Source: Polyangiales bacterium (GTDB lineage Bacteria > Myxococcota_A > Polyangia > Polyangiales > Ga0077539). Taken from it: DNA of 64,000 nt. The stretch covers positions 96,001 through 160,000 of the forward strand of contig JBGARZ010000005.1 in NCBI GenBank assembly GCA_044229975.1, read 5' to 3'. Made by a program: the position numbers and the translations under genes. The number at the start of each line of letters is the position of its first letter. The first letter of the stretch is position 1. Below the pieces are notes generated by a model. The model ran no database searches, was not told where the DNA came from, and saw only the letters and a program-made list of their open reading frames with translations. Below, piece by piece: positions 36,628 to 46,278 of this stretch.

Positions 36628-37431
36628 TCACGGCATCGGAGCGCAGCGCCCCATGGCGTCGCAGGTCATGCCCGTCGGGCACGCCGCGCCGCCGTCGGTG
36701 CACGCCCGGTAGCAGAAGTTGCGGCACGTCGCCCCGGCGCCGCACTCCTCCGTGCTCGCGCAAGCCCGCGTGCAGAGCAGCGCTCCCGATGCGAGCTGCG
36801 TGCACGAGTCGCCCGCCACCCCGCACATCGCTCCCGCCATCATGCACGGTCGAAACCGTTCGGCCGTCGATGTCCCGCTGTCCGTCGCGGTCGCGCCGCC
36901 GTCCGTGCCCGTGCCTGCATCCGAGCCCGGTGGACGCCGCGCCGTCATCGCCGTCGTGACCAGATCGTCGAAGGCCACTCGCGCCCAGAGCGCCTGCCCG
37001 CGCACCCCGTCGACCACGCCGCAGTTGCTCGAGGCGCCCACCGACGCGAGACCCCGTCGGCCGCCCACGTCCACGACGATCGCGTAGCCCATGGACGCGT
37101 CCACCGGACAGCCGCCCGCCGCGAACCCGCAGTTGGTCGCGCCGATCGCCGTCGCCGCGCACGACGACCGGCACGCCGCGCTGAAGATGTCCGCGGCGCA
37201 AGGCCCCCGCGGCCCGACGAACACCGTCGCCCCCGCGAAGCGCGCCGCGAGCCGCGTCACACAGCTCGCCAGCGTCTCCTCGGCGCCCCCGTCGCCGGTG
37301 CAGTTGACGTTGATGCGGTCGGGGAGCGCGCTCGTGTCACCCGCGTCGGGCGTCGGGGTCGGCATCGGGTCGTCCCCGCAGGCCGCCAGCAGGAGCACCG
37401 CCAACAATCCCTTCGATCCGCGCGTGGTCAT
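36628..37431 (-). CDS. Cys-rich lipoprotein, hypothetical
   Basis: MTTRGSKGLLAVLLLAAC lipobox; two Cys-rich modules separated by a DAG/T/G linker. Confidence 0.75.
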   Translation of the reverse strand: MTTRGSKGLLAVLLLAACGDDPMPTPTPDAGDTSALPDRINVNCTGDGGAEETLASCVTRLAARFAGATVFVGPRGPCAADIFSAACRSSCAATAIGATNCGFAAGGCPVDASMGYAIVVDVGGRRGLASVGASSNCGVVDGVRGQALWARVAFDDLVTTAMTARRPPGSDAGTGTDGGATATDSGTSTAERFRPCMMAGAMCGVAGDSCTQLASGALLCTRACASTEECGAGATCRNFCYRACTDGGAACPTGMTCDAMGRCAPMP

Positions 37432-37570
37432 GGCGCGCGACGGTAACACCCGGTGCCTCGTCTTCGGTCGGACGAGTTCTCCATCGCTTGACAACACCCC
37501 CTCTCGCGGGAACCTTCGCCCGCGTTCGTCGCGACCCCCGCGGCGCACCAACCTCGACGAGGTCCCCACG

Positions 37571-38140
37571 ATGTTCGACCAGCTCCTCGGAATGTTCGGC
37601 CAGTCCCCGCAGGGTCAGCAGGCGTACTCCGCGCTCCAGGCGCAGGGCTACTCCCCCGCGCAGTCCGCCGGCATCCTGACCACGGCGTTTCCCGCGGCCG
37701 TGCAGGCCATGCAAAACGCCATGACCTCCCAGAACGGACAGCTCGGGCTCCTCGACATCAAGAACTCCAACTACGCGATGAACTTCCTCACCGGCGCCGT
37801 CAGCGGGCTCGTCCGCGGCCAGGGGATGAAGGGCGCCGCGATCGACGGTCTCCAAGGCGTCGTCGGCGGCCACGTCGCGCAGGTCATCGCCACCCGCTGC
37901 GGCCTCCCCGAGCGCGTCGCCGGCATGCTCGGCGCCATCGTCACCCCGCTCATGATCGACTTCCTCGCCGACAAGATCCAGGGGCTCAACCTCGGCGCCA
38001 ACGCCGGCGCGGGCGGCCTCGCGGGCGCCCTCGGCACCGCCGCCTCCGCCATCGGCCTCGGTGGCGCAGCCCCCGCCGCGCCGCAGATGCAGGCCCCCGC
38101 CGGGTTCGGCGCGCAGTTCACGCCCTTCGGCAGCCGCTAA
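37571..38140 (+). CDS. Gly/Ala-rich helical hypothetical protein (189 aa)
   Basis: ATG at 37571 (MFDQLLGMFG), strong GC3 bias; weak resemblance to YidB/DUF937-like proteins. Confidence 0.65.
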   Translation: MFDQLLGMFGQSPQGQQAYSALQAQGYSPAQSAGILTTAFPAAVQAMQNAMTSQNGQLGLLDIKNSNYAMNFLTGAVSGLVRGQGMKGAAIDGLQGVVGGHVAQVIATRCGLPERVAGMLGAIVTPLMIDFLADKIQGLNLGANAGAGGLAGALGTAASAIGLGGAAPAAPQMQAPAGFGAQFTPFGSR

Positions 38141-38952
38141 GCCTTCTTCTCCGCCCTCCACGCCACCATCGCCGCCGCGATCGACACCGCGATCTCCGCG
38201 GGCGATCGCGCGCCGATGGTCACCCCGAGCGGGATCTTCACCCGCGCCCGATCACTCTCGCTGAAGCCCCGCGCCTCCAACCGCGCCGCCGTGCGCGCCG
38301 CCTTCGCGCGGCTCCCCACCGCGCCCACGTACGCGTAGCCCTCGCGCAGCGCCCACGCGACCGCGTCCTGGTCGCGCTGGTGGTCGTGCGTCATCGCCAG
38401 CACCGCCCCCCGCCGCGGAACCCACGGCCCCAGCGCCCCCGGCTCGCCACACAGCACCCGCGCGCCTGAGAAGCGCCCGCCGTCCGCGTACGCCTCACGC
38501 GCATCCACCACCGTCACCGCGAAGCCCAACCCCACCAGCAACGGAACCGTCGCCCCCGCCACATGCCCCGCCCCGACGACCCCGATCGGGCAGGCGGCAG
38601 CCATCGCTTCGATGAGCACTTCGACGGTCCCGCCGCAGCACATCCCGAGGCTCTGCCCGAGCCGAAAGGTCTCCACCCGCACGCTCGCCGCACCGCGCGC
38701 CGCCTCGTTGAAAGCGCTCTCCAACGCCCGCAGCACCGCGGCCTCCAGGGCGCCGCCGCCCACTGTTCCGAAGCACCCGTCGGGCGTGCGCGCGAGCTTC
38801 TGCCCCGGCGTCGACGGTGTGCTCCCGTGGCGCGCGATGACCGTCGCCATCGCGGCGCCGAAGCCTCCCTCCACGGCCACCGCCACGCGCCGCATCACCT
38901 CGGGCGCGTCCATCGCCTCGGGCACCGCGAGGGCCTCGTCGACCGCCTCCAC
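38137..38952 (-). CDS. xdhC: XdhC/CoxI family molybdoenzyme maturation factor
   Basis: ATVI...GSTP..PG.K, GTVGGGALE, LGMCCGG, GAGHVA, MTHDH..D, Y.G..GS..K, P.G..IGA.SP.EIAVSI.A. Confidence 0.9.
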   Translation of the reverse strand: MEAVDEALAVPEAMDAPEVMRRVAVAVEGGFGAAMATVIARHGSTPSTPGQKLARTPDGCFGTVGGGALEAAVLRALESAFNEAARGAASVRVETFRLGQSLGMCCGGTVEVLIEAMAAACPIGVVGAGHVAGATVPLLVGLGFAVTVVDAREAYADGGRFSGARVLCGEPGALGPWVPRRGAVLAMTHDHQRDQDAVAWALREGYAYVGAVGSRAKAARTAARLEARGFSESDRARVKIPLGVTIGARSPAEIAVSIAAAMVAWRAEKKA

Positions 38953-38953
38953 G

Positions 38954-39967
38954 CTATCCGCCCGTCGCTCGCATCGAGACGTCCGCCGCCGTCACCTCGG
39001 TGCAGCCCTTCCACCGCGCGTCGGGCTTCATCGCCCACGCCGTCCGCAGTGCGTCCGCGACCGCGCGCTCATCGCCCGCCTTCGCGGCGTCGCTGAGCAC
39101 CGCCCCATCGGGTCGCGCGAGGCACGACCGCAGCACGCCTTCGCTCGTCGCCCGCAGCCGATCGCAGCCCGCGCAATAGGTGTCCGTCGACCCGCTGATG
39201 AAGCCCACGCGACCGCTGCCCACGCGCGCTCGCAGGTACTTCGCGGGGCCGCGGTCGTCGTCGCGTTGGCCTTCGCCCGCCGCGAGCAAGCCGTCGAGCC
39301 GCGCCACCATCTCGTCACGCGAGACGAGACGTTCGCGCCAGACGTTGGCCCCCTCGCCCACGCCCATCACCTCGATGAAGCGCGGCGTGATGCCCCTCTG
39401 CCACGCCCACCGAACCAGCGCCGGGAGCTCGTCGTCGTTGAGCCCGCGCAGCACCACGGTGTTGGTCTTCACCTCGTCGAAGCCCGCGGCGAGTGCTGCG
39501 CCGATGCCCGCCATCACCGCGCCCAGATCGCCACCGCGTGTGATCGTCGCGAAGCGCGTGGGGTCGAGCGAGTCGAGGGACACCGTCACCCGCCGCAGGC
39601 CCGCCGCCCGCAGCGGACCAGCGAGGGCCGCGAGCCGCGAGGCGTTGGTGGTGAGGGCGAGGTCGTCCATGCCGAGCGCCGCGATGCGACGGACGACATC
39701 CACCACGTCGCGTCGCAGCAGCGGTTCGCCCCCGGTGATGCGCACCCGACGAACGCCCTCCGCCCGCAGCCCCCGCAGCACGGCCTCCCACTCGGAGGCC
39801 GAGAGCCGCGCCTCGGCCGGGAGGTACGCCTCGCTCGCGGCGGGGCGGCAGTACACGCAGGCCATGTCGCAGCGATCGGTGAGCGACACCCGCACGAGCC
39901 GCGCCGAGGCCCGCTCCAGCGCCACCGCGCTGGTCGTCTCACGGAGCATCGGCAGGGACACCGTCAT
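38954..39967 (-). CDS. moaA: GTP 3',8-cyclase (radical SAM, Moco biosynthesis)
   Basis: RVSLTDRCDMACVYC, RITGGEPL.R, TTN, SLDSL, C-terminal CAGCDRLR...G....CL, ends in GG. Confidence 0.94.
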   Translation of the reverse strand: MTVSLPMLRETTSAVALERASARLVRVSLTDRCDMACVYCRPAASEAYLPAEARLSASEWEAVLRGLRAEGVRRVRITGGEPLLRRDVVDVVRRIAALGMDDLALTTNASRLAALAGPLRAAGLRRVTVSLDSLDPTRFATITRGGDLGAVMAGIGAALAAGFDEVKTNTVVLRGLNDDELPALVRWAWQRGITPRFIEVMGVGEGANVWRERLVSRDEMVARLDGLLAAGEGQRDDDRGPAKYLRARVGSGRVGFISGSTDTYCAGCDRLRATSEGVLRSCLARPDGAVLSDAAKAGDERAVADALRTAWAMKPDARWKGCTEVTAADVSMRATGG

Positions 39968-40013
39968 GGCCGCGACGATCGTGGCCCGGTCGGCGCCGTT
40001 TGGAAAGCGCGAC

Positions 40014-42434
40014 CTACGACCGCGAGCGCCACGCCGTCGCCGCCGCGACCACGTAGCAGAGCGCCGCGAGCAGCAGCACCACCGAGAACCCTCCCCCCAT
40101 CGCGGCGATCATCGCGCCGACGGAGCCCACCACCGAGGCGTACCCGTTGAGCACCCAGGCGCGGGCGACCCACGACTCGCTCCCCTCGGCGTGCGGCGCC
40201 GACCCCAACGTCAGCCCGGTGGGGAAGGGCATGCCCATGAGGGTTCCGGGGAGGGCGATGAGCGCGACGGAGAGCGCGACGCGCGCCGCGATGGGCCACC
40301 CGAGGCCCGCGACGAAGACCGACTGCAACCCGAAGCGATAGAGCACCAGGCACCCGGCGACCGCGAGCGCGACGGCGGCGAGGCGACGTGGTCGCGAGCC
40401 GATGAGCGACGGCGCGAGGGCGCTACCGACGCCCGACGAGACGAGCAGCGCGAAGAGCACCACCGAGAGCGCATACACAGGGTTGCCGAGAAACAGCGTG
40501 TAGCGCGGGATGAACACCGTCTCGACGGCGATGTACCCGAGGCCCAGCGCGAGGAAGTACACCGTCCACGCGGCGCTCATCGGCGCAGCATCGGGGCGGC
40601 GTCGGCGGGCGATCCATGGCGGGACGAAGAGCAGCAGCGCGCCGCCGAGGAGCGACAGCAGGAAGGTGACGACGAGCAGCGTCTGCCCCGAGGCCGCGCC
40701 GAACACCATCTCGCGGCTGGAGCGCAGGCGCGAGAAGCGGTTGTACTCGAAGAAGAAGGGCGAGTCGTCGGTGCTCGCATCGATGCGGAAGTGGTAGTCG
40801 CGGATGAAGGCCGCGCGGTCGCGCGATCGGAAGTAGCGCTCGAACTGGTTGTTGGTGACGGGCGAGTCGGGCGACCACACGACGGCGAAGCCGCGGGCCT
40901 CGGCGTGCGCGCGGATGGCGCGGAGCTCGTCGCGGCCGAAGGGCGTGCGGCGGGCGAGCACGAGCGACAGGTCGGCCGACGCCCCAGGAACATTGCTCGA
41001 CAGGATCACCATGCGCTCGGCGGCGTCACCGAGCCCGAGCTCGCGGTAGGCATCGACCGCGATGGCGCAGAGCCGGAGCGTGTGGCGCGGCGGGTAGTAG
41101 AGCCAGCGCGTGAGGGTGAGCGTTCCGTTGGGCGTGAGGTGCTGGAGGTACTCCTTGAAGGCCTCGGTCGTGTAGAGGAAGTTCTCGCTGAGGGCGAAGG
41201 CGCCGGCCTGCGACGCGGCGTAGGTGTCGACGCCGGAGAGCTGGAGCAGGTCGTAGCGGTGCGGTGATCGCCGGAGGTAGTGGCGACCCTCGGCGTGGGT
41301 GATGCGCACCGAGGGATGGTGGTAGAGGCCGCCGGAGAAGCGGTCGAAGGGCCCGGCGACGGCGCCCATGATGTTGCGGTTGAGCTCGACGCCTTCGATG
41401 CGGGGGATGCCGAAGTGCACCGCCGCGCGCACGTCGACGCCGCCGCCCGCGCCGATCACCAGCATGCGCTGCGGGCGAAAGCCGCGCGCCCGATCGACGA
41501 GGTGGGGGAAGGCCGGGAGCAGCTCCTCGAAGATGGGGTGACGGAGGTCGGCGGTTCCGTCCGGGCGGCGCTGGGCTTCGAAGATGGAGGTGATGGCCCA
41601 CGCGTCGATGACCACGCCGACCTGCGTCGGGAGGGGCAGCGCGTAGTGCCGGGAGACGCCCCAGATGCCGTGGTGCCAGGGGTTGAAGAAGAGGTCGACG
41701 CAGGCCGTGGAGTCGCAGCTCCGCGAGAGGATGAACGCCTTCGGAACCCGCGGAAACAGCTTGGCGTTGGGCAGATAGAAGGGCCCATGCAGCGGGTCGC
41801 GACCCCACGCCGTCAGCGCCGCCAATACGACGAGCGAGCCCGCGGCGAGGCGGGTGCCCCCCGTGCGCCACGCAGCCGAGCGGCGCGCGAAGGCGAGCGA
41901 CGCGAGGGCCATGGCGACGGCGGCGGTCATCACACCACCGGCGCCACCGCCGAGGCGGTCGAGGGCGACGACGCTCAGCCCGCAGCCGATGCCGCTGCCG
42001 ACGAGGTCGGCGGCGTAGAGGCGCGCCGCGGTAGTGCCGTGGGCGGAGAGGACGGCGGCGACGACGGTTCCGCCGAGGACGAAGGGGATGAGCACCGCGA
42101 CGACGAGGGTGACGAAGCACGCAAACTGACCGGGGCTGGCGAGCACCGACGCCTCGAAGGGCAGCCGGGACGCGACGACGAGCGCGAGCACGATGGCGCC
42201 CGACGCGCCGAGGCAGAGCTTGGCCATGCGGCCGTCGAGGTCGCCCTCGCGCAGTGACGGTCGGAGCTGCACCGCGAGCCCGCCGCCCGTAAACCCGATG
42301 AGCGCGGCGGCCACCGCCAGGAAGGCGAAGTGGTACCAGATGAGCAGCGAGAACACGCGCGTGAGCGAGATCTGGAGCGTGAGCACCGACAGCGCGGTGA
42401 GGGCGAGCGCGAGCAGCGGGAGCCGGGGCTTCAC
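40014..42434 (-). CDS. Multi-TM membrane protein with central spermidine-synthase-like SAM-binding domain
   Basis: LYAADLVGSG, LVIGAGGGVDV, GVELN, EGRHYL, YDLLQLS.VDT, LSENFLYT.EAF, TDD.PFF, MGMPFP.G, W..NG..SV.G. Start taken at the GTG at 42434. Confidence 0.85.
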   Translation of the reverse strand: MKPRLPLLALALTALSVLTLQISLTRVFSLLIWYHFAFLAVAAALIGFTGGGLAVQLRPSLREGDLDGRMAKLCLGASGAIVLALVVASRLPFEASVLASPGQFACFVTLVVAVLIPFVLGGTVVAAVLSAHGTTAARLYAADLVGSGIGCGLSVVALDRLGGGAGGVMTAAVAMALASLAFARRSAAWRTGGTRLAAGSLVVLAALTAWGRDPLHGPFYLPNAKLFPRVPKAFILSRSCDSTACVDLFFNPWHHGIWGVSRHYALPLPTQVGVVIDAWAITSIFEAQRRPDGTADLRHPIFEELLPAFPHLVDRARGFRPQRMLVIGAGGGVDVRAAVHFGIPRIEGVELNRNIMGAVAGPFDRFSGGLYHHPSVRITHAEGRHYLRRSPHRYDLLQLSGVDTYAASQAGAFALSENFLYTTEAFKEYLQHLTPNGTLTLTRWLYYPPRHTLRLCAIAVDAYRELGLGDAAERMVILSSNVPGASADLSLVLARRTPFGRDELRAIRAHAEARGFAVVWSPDSPVTNNQFERYFRSRDRAAFIRDYHFRIDASTDDSPFFFEYNRFSRLRSSREMVFGAASGQTLLVVTFLLSLLGGALLLFVPPWIARRRRPDAAPMSAAWTVYFLALGLGYIAVETVFIPRYTLFLGNPVYALSVVLFALLVSSGVGSALAPSLIGSRPRRLAAVALAVAGCLVLYRFGLQSVFVAGLGWPIAARVALSVALIALPGTLMGMPFPTGLTLGSAPHAEGSESWVARAWVLNGYASVVGSVGAMIAAMGGGFSVVLLLAALCYVVAAATAWRSRS

Positions 42435-42506
42435 GGCGCGGGACGGTAGGGCGAACGCCCCCGCCGGTGGTAGCGGGATATGCGCGAGAGATCGGTGGGC
42501 GTCGGG

Positions 42507-43373
42507 ATGTCTGGCCAGCGCGACCCGCGCCATGCGAGCCTACGCGCCGTCGTGAGCGAGCTCCTGGCCACCCTGCGCGCCTCCGGGCGCATCGCCGCGG
42601 ACGTCGCGATCTACCGGCTGCGCAAGCGCGAGGCGGGCAACCTCGTCACCAGCCTCACCCTCGCCTTCGCCCTCGGCCTCGGCGCCCCCGACCTCGCCTC
42701 CCGCGCGGGCTTCGGGGCGCTGCTCAACCTCTTCGTCTACCTCGTCAACGACTGCTTCGACGTGGGCATCGACCTGCGCGCGCCCGGCCGCGACGGCGAG
42801 CGCACCCGCTTCCTCGCCGAGCACCTCGGGGCCGCGTGGGGCGCCGTCGCCGCGATGGCCGTCGCGCTCCTCGCGTGGGGCGCGCTCCACTCGACGGGCC
42901 TGCTCGTCACCGCGCTCGTCAACATCGTCGTCATCGTCGTGTACTCGCGCGTGCTCAAGCACCGCCCCGGCGCCGACCTCGTCGCCATGGCCGCGTGGGG
43001 CGCCTCCATGGCCATGGTGGGCTTCCCCCTCCACAGCGCGGTCGGCTGGCGCTACGCCGGTCTCCTCGCGCTGCTGTGCATGGTCACCGAGGCCGTGCAG
43101 GTGCTGCGCGACGAGCCCTCCGACCGCGCGGCCAACGTCCGCACCACCGCCGTCGTGTACGGCCCGCGCGTCACCGCCGTCATCGCCCGAGCGCTCATCG
43201 TCGTGGCCGCCGTCTACGCCGCGGTGCTGCTGCATCCCATCGGCGCGGTGCTCGCCGTCGGTGCGCTCGTCCCCTTCGACCCCGAGCGCGCCAACGCCTC
43301 GTGGGATCGCCTGCGCGCCCTCTTCGGCCTCACCTGGCTGGCGCTGCTCGCCCTGCTCCGCTGGGGGTCATGA
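42507..43373 (+). CDS. UbiA-superfamily membrane prenyltransferase
   Basis: Asp-rich motifs YLVNDCFD..ID and Q.LRD..SD....VRT.AV..G; YS..LK; about 8 TM helices. Confidence 0.8.
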   Translation: MSGQRDPRHASLRAVVSELLATLRASGRIAADVAIYRLRKREAGNLVTSLTLAFALGLGAPDLASRAGFGALLNLFVYLVNDCFDVGIDLRAPGRDGERTRFLAEHLGAAWGAVAAMAVALLAWGALHSTGLLVTALVNIVVIVVYSRVLKHRPGADLVAMAAWGASMAMVGFPLHSAVGWRYAGLLALLCMVTEAVQVLRDEPSDRAANVRTTAVVYGPRVTAVIARALIVVAAVYAAVLLHPIGAVLAVGALVPFDPERANASWDRLRALFGLTWLALLALLRWGS

Positions 43374-44548
43374 GCGCCCTCCGCCCCGCGCTGCTGGCCA
43401 ACCACCACCCGCCCCTGCACGGCCTGCGCGTGCTCGCCATCGTGGCCATCGTGCAGCTCCACGTCTCCACGGGCTTCAACCGCTGGCAGCTCATGGGCAC
43501 GGGGCACCCCATCTACCGGGTCTCCATGGCGCTCTGGTTTGCCATGGACCTCTTCTTCCTCCTCAGCGGCTTCCTCATCGGCTCGATGCTGCTGCGCGAC
43601 GACGCCGCCGTCACCCCGTCGGGCGCCGCGCGCTTCTGGGGGCGCCGCGCGTTTCGCATCATCCCCGCGTACTACGTCGTGCTCACGGCGCTGGTGCTCG
43701 TCGGGCCCCTCGATGCCGCCCGTCGCGCCGCCCTCTGGCACGAGTACGCCTACGTCACGAACTACTTCGTCACCGAGGGCCCGCCCATCATGATCTGGGC
43801 CTGGTCGCTCTGCGTCGAGGAGCACTTCTACCTCGCGGTGCCGCTGCTCGTCGGCGCCCTGTCGTGGCTCCCGACCCCGCGCTCACGAGCCGCCGCACTC
43901 ACCGCCCTCTGGGCCAGCGGCGTCGTGCTCCGCGTCGCCACCGTGCTCGTCCACCACCGCACCGAGACCTTCGAGCAGCTCTTCGTCGACGTCTATCCGC
44001 GCACCCACCTCCGCTACGACATCCTCGTCGCCGGCGTGCTGCTCGCGTGGGTCGAACGCCACCACGGCCCCCGCCTCGACGAGCTCTTCGCCCGGCCCGC
44101 CGTGCGCCGCGGCGCGCTCGCGCTCTCGGCCCTCGCCCTCGTCTTCCTCCTCGTGCACCTGCCCCTGGCGACGCCGCTGCGGTGCGCCCTGGAGTGGGGC
44201 GGGCTCACGGCCGTCTTCTATGTTCCGCTCGTGCTGTGGCTGCTGCACCACCGCGGCGGCGTCGCGCGCTTCCTCGGGCACCCGGCGTTTCGCTACGTCG
44301 CCACCTTCGGCTACGGCATCTACCTCGTGCACCTCGCCGTCATCGAACACCTGCTCCCCCCGGTGCTGCTCCCTCCCATCGTCGAGTACGCCCGCACCCA
44401 CGGCGGCCCGCCGGCTCTCGGTGTGCTGTGGCTCATCGCGCTCGCGACCGCCCTCGTGCTCTCGCTGCTCGTCAGCGCCGCGCTGCACCTCCTCGTCGAG
44501 AAGCCCGCCCTGGTGCTGCGCGACCGTCTCCTGCCTGGGGAACGCTGA
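43370..44548 (+). CDS. Acyltransferase-3 family membrane O-acyltransferase
   Basis: L.GLRVLA, MDLFFLLSGFLI, F..RRAFRI.PAYY, WSLCVEEHFY, YGIYLVH, VEKP; ATGA overlap with the UbiA gene. Confidence 0.92.
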   Translation: MSALRPALLANHHPPLHGLRVLAIVAIVQLHVSTGFNRWQLMGTGHPIYRVSMALWFAMDLFFLLSGFLIGSMLLRDDAAVTPSGAARFWGRRAFRIIPAYYVVLTALVLVGPLDAARRAALWHEYAYVTNYFVTEGPPIMIWAWSLCVEEHFYLAVPLLVGALSWLPTPRSRAAALTALWASGVVLRVATVLVHHRTETFEQLFVDVYPRTHLRYDILVAGVLLAWVERHHGPRLDELFARPAVRRGALALSALALVFLLVHLPLATPLRCALEWGGLTAVFYVPLVLWLLHHRGGVARFLGHPAFRYVATFGYGIYLVHLAVIEHLLPPVLLPPIVEYARTHGGPPALGVLWLIALATALVLSLLVSAALHLLVEKPALVLRDRLLPGER

Positions 44549-44556
44549 GGGTCCCG

Positions 44557-46269
44557 ATGCCCGGTCGCACCCGGTCGGCGCTCGCCTTCGCGGCCACCCT
44601 GCTCGGCGCGCTCGCGCTGCACCTCCCGTCGCTGCGCGTCCCGGCCGCGCTCGACGACCTCGTGCAGCACGCGATGCTCCGCGGCCGCTACCCGGTCGCC
44701 CGCGCGCCGTGGGCCCTCTACGACTTCATCCGCGACACGCCCGCCGAGCACGACGCCCTCCGCCGCGCCGGGATGCTCCCCTGGTGGCACGACCCGCACT
44801 TCCGCCTGACCATGTTTCGCCCGCTCGCGAGCCTCCTGCGCACGGCCGACGACCACCTCTTCGGCGACCGCCCCGTCGCGCTCCACATCGAGTCCCTCGG
44901 GTGGTTCGCGCTCACCCTCGGGCTCGCGTGGGCCGTCTTCCGCCGCCTGCTCGGTCCGCGCGCCGCGCTGCTCGCGGTCGCCCTCCTCGGCGCCTCGCCC
45001 CGCTTCGTGATGCCCCTCGGCTGGATCGCCAACCGCTGCGCCCTCACCGCCTTCGCCTTCGCGCTCGCCGCCGTGCTCGGATACCTCCGCTGGCGCGACG
45101 AGCCCCGTCCCGCCACCGCCGCGCTCACCGTCGCCGCTGCCGCCGCCGCGCTGCTCTCGGCCGAGTACGCGCTCGGCGTCCTCGCGATCATCCCCGTCCT
45201 CGCGCTCGTCGACCGGCGCGCCCGACGCGCCACCTTCGTCGCCTCGGCCTGCGTGCTCGCGGCCTACCTTGCCGCTCGCCTCGCGACCCACGCGGGCGTC
45301 CACGGCTCGTCGCTGTACGCCGATCCCCTCGCCGACCCCATCGCCTTCGCGCGCCAGGCCCCCGCGCGCTTCGCCGCCCTCAGCCTCGCGACGCTCACCG
45401 GCGCCGACATCGACCTCGGGCTCCCGGTGCTCCCGTCGCTCGCCGCGTACGTCTGCGTGCTCTCTCCCCTCGCCGCCCTCGCCGCCACCCGCTTCGGAAC
45501 ATCCTCCACCCGCCGCGCATCCGCGGTGCTCTCCGTGACGACGGTGCTCGCGCTCGCGTCGGTCACCGGCGGCTCCTGGGGAACCTCCCGCCTCGTCGCC
45601 GCCGCCTCGCTGTGGCTCGCCCCGCTCGTCGCCGCGCTCGCGGCCGAGGCCGTCGCCGCCGCGCGCGAACGACGCCCCTTCGCGCTCGCCCTCGCGCCCT
45701 TCGCGCTCCTCCTCGTCTACGCCCACGGCCCCCACGCGGTGGCCTCGACGGCGCGGGGCTACGCGGTGCTCGTCGATCGGTACCAGGCGAGCGTCGACGA
45801 CGGCCTCAACCTCGCGCCGCGCCACACGCCCTTCGCCGACACGCACCTCGTCGTCCTCAACGCCGCCGATCCGCAGACCCTCTACTTCGGTCGCACCACC
45901 CGCCTCGCGTGGGGTTACGCCGTGCCCACGTCCTGGAGCGTGCTGGCGTCGACCGCCGCGCCGGTCGCGTTCGAGCGCGTCGACGACCGCACCTTCGACC
46001 TCTCCTGCGACCGCGGTCTCCTGGGCGGCTTCGGCGCGCGGTGGTTCACGCCCGCTCGCGAACACGTCGCGCTCGGCGCACACACCGCCCTCGACGGCAT
46101 CGACGTCGAAGTGCTGGCGAGTGGCCCGCAGGGGCCAACCCGGATTCGCTATCGTCTGGAGGGTTCGTTGGAAGACCGCGGCTGGTGGATCACCACGCGG
46201 TTGGGTGGGCGCCTCGCGAGGCTCGGGCTCCCGAGGCCGGGCGCCGTGATGAGCCTTCCGGCACCCTGA
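44557..46269 (+). CDS. Integral membrane protein, probable GT-C fold glycosyltransferase
   Basis: 'LDD' after the first TM, 'FRPL', 'H..SL', 'WIANR', 'LLS.E'; about 11 TM helices and a C-terminal periplasmic domain. Confidence 0.62.
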   Translation: MPGRTRSALAFAATLLGALALHLPSLRVPAALDDLVQHAMLRGRYPVARAPWALYDFIRDTPAEHDALRRAGMLPWWHDPHFRLTMFRPLASLLRTADDHLFGDRPVALHIESLGWFALTLGLAWAVFRRLLGPRAALLAVALLGASPRFVMPLGWIANRCALTAFAFALAAVLGYLRWRDEPRPATAALTVAAAAAALLSAEYALGVLAIIPVLALVDRRARRATFVASACVLAAYLAARLATHAGVHGSSLYADPLADPIAFARQAPARFAALSLATLTGADIDLGLPVLPSLAAYVCVLSPLAALAATRFGTSSTRRASAVLSVTTVLALASVTGGSWGTSRLVAAASLWLAPLVAALAAEAVAAARERRPFALALAPFALLLVYAHGPHAVASTARGYAVLVDRYQASVDDGLNLAPRHTPFADTHLVVLNAADPQTLYFGRTTRLAWGYAVPTSWSVLASTAAPVAFERVDDRTFDLSCDRGLLGGFGARWFTPAREHVALGAHTALDGIDVEVLASGPQGPTRIRYRLEGSLEDRGWWITTRLGGRLARLGLPRPGAVMSLPAP

Positions 46270-46278
46270 GGAGAGCTC

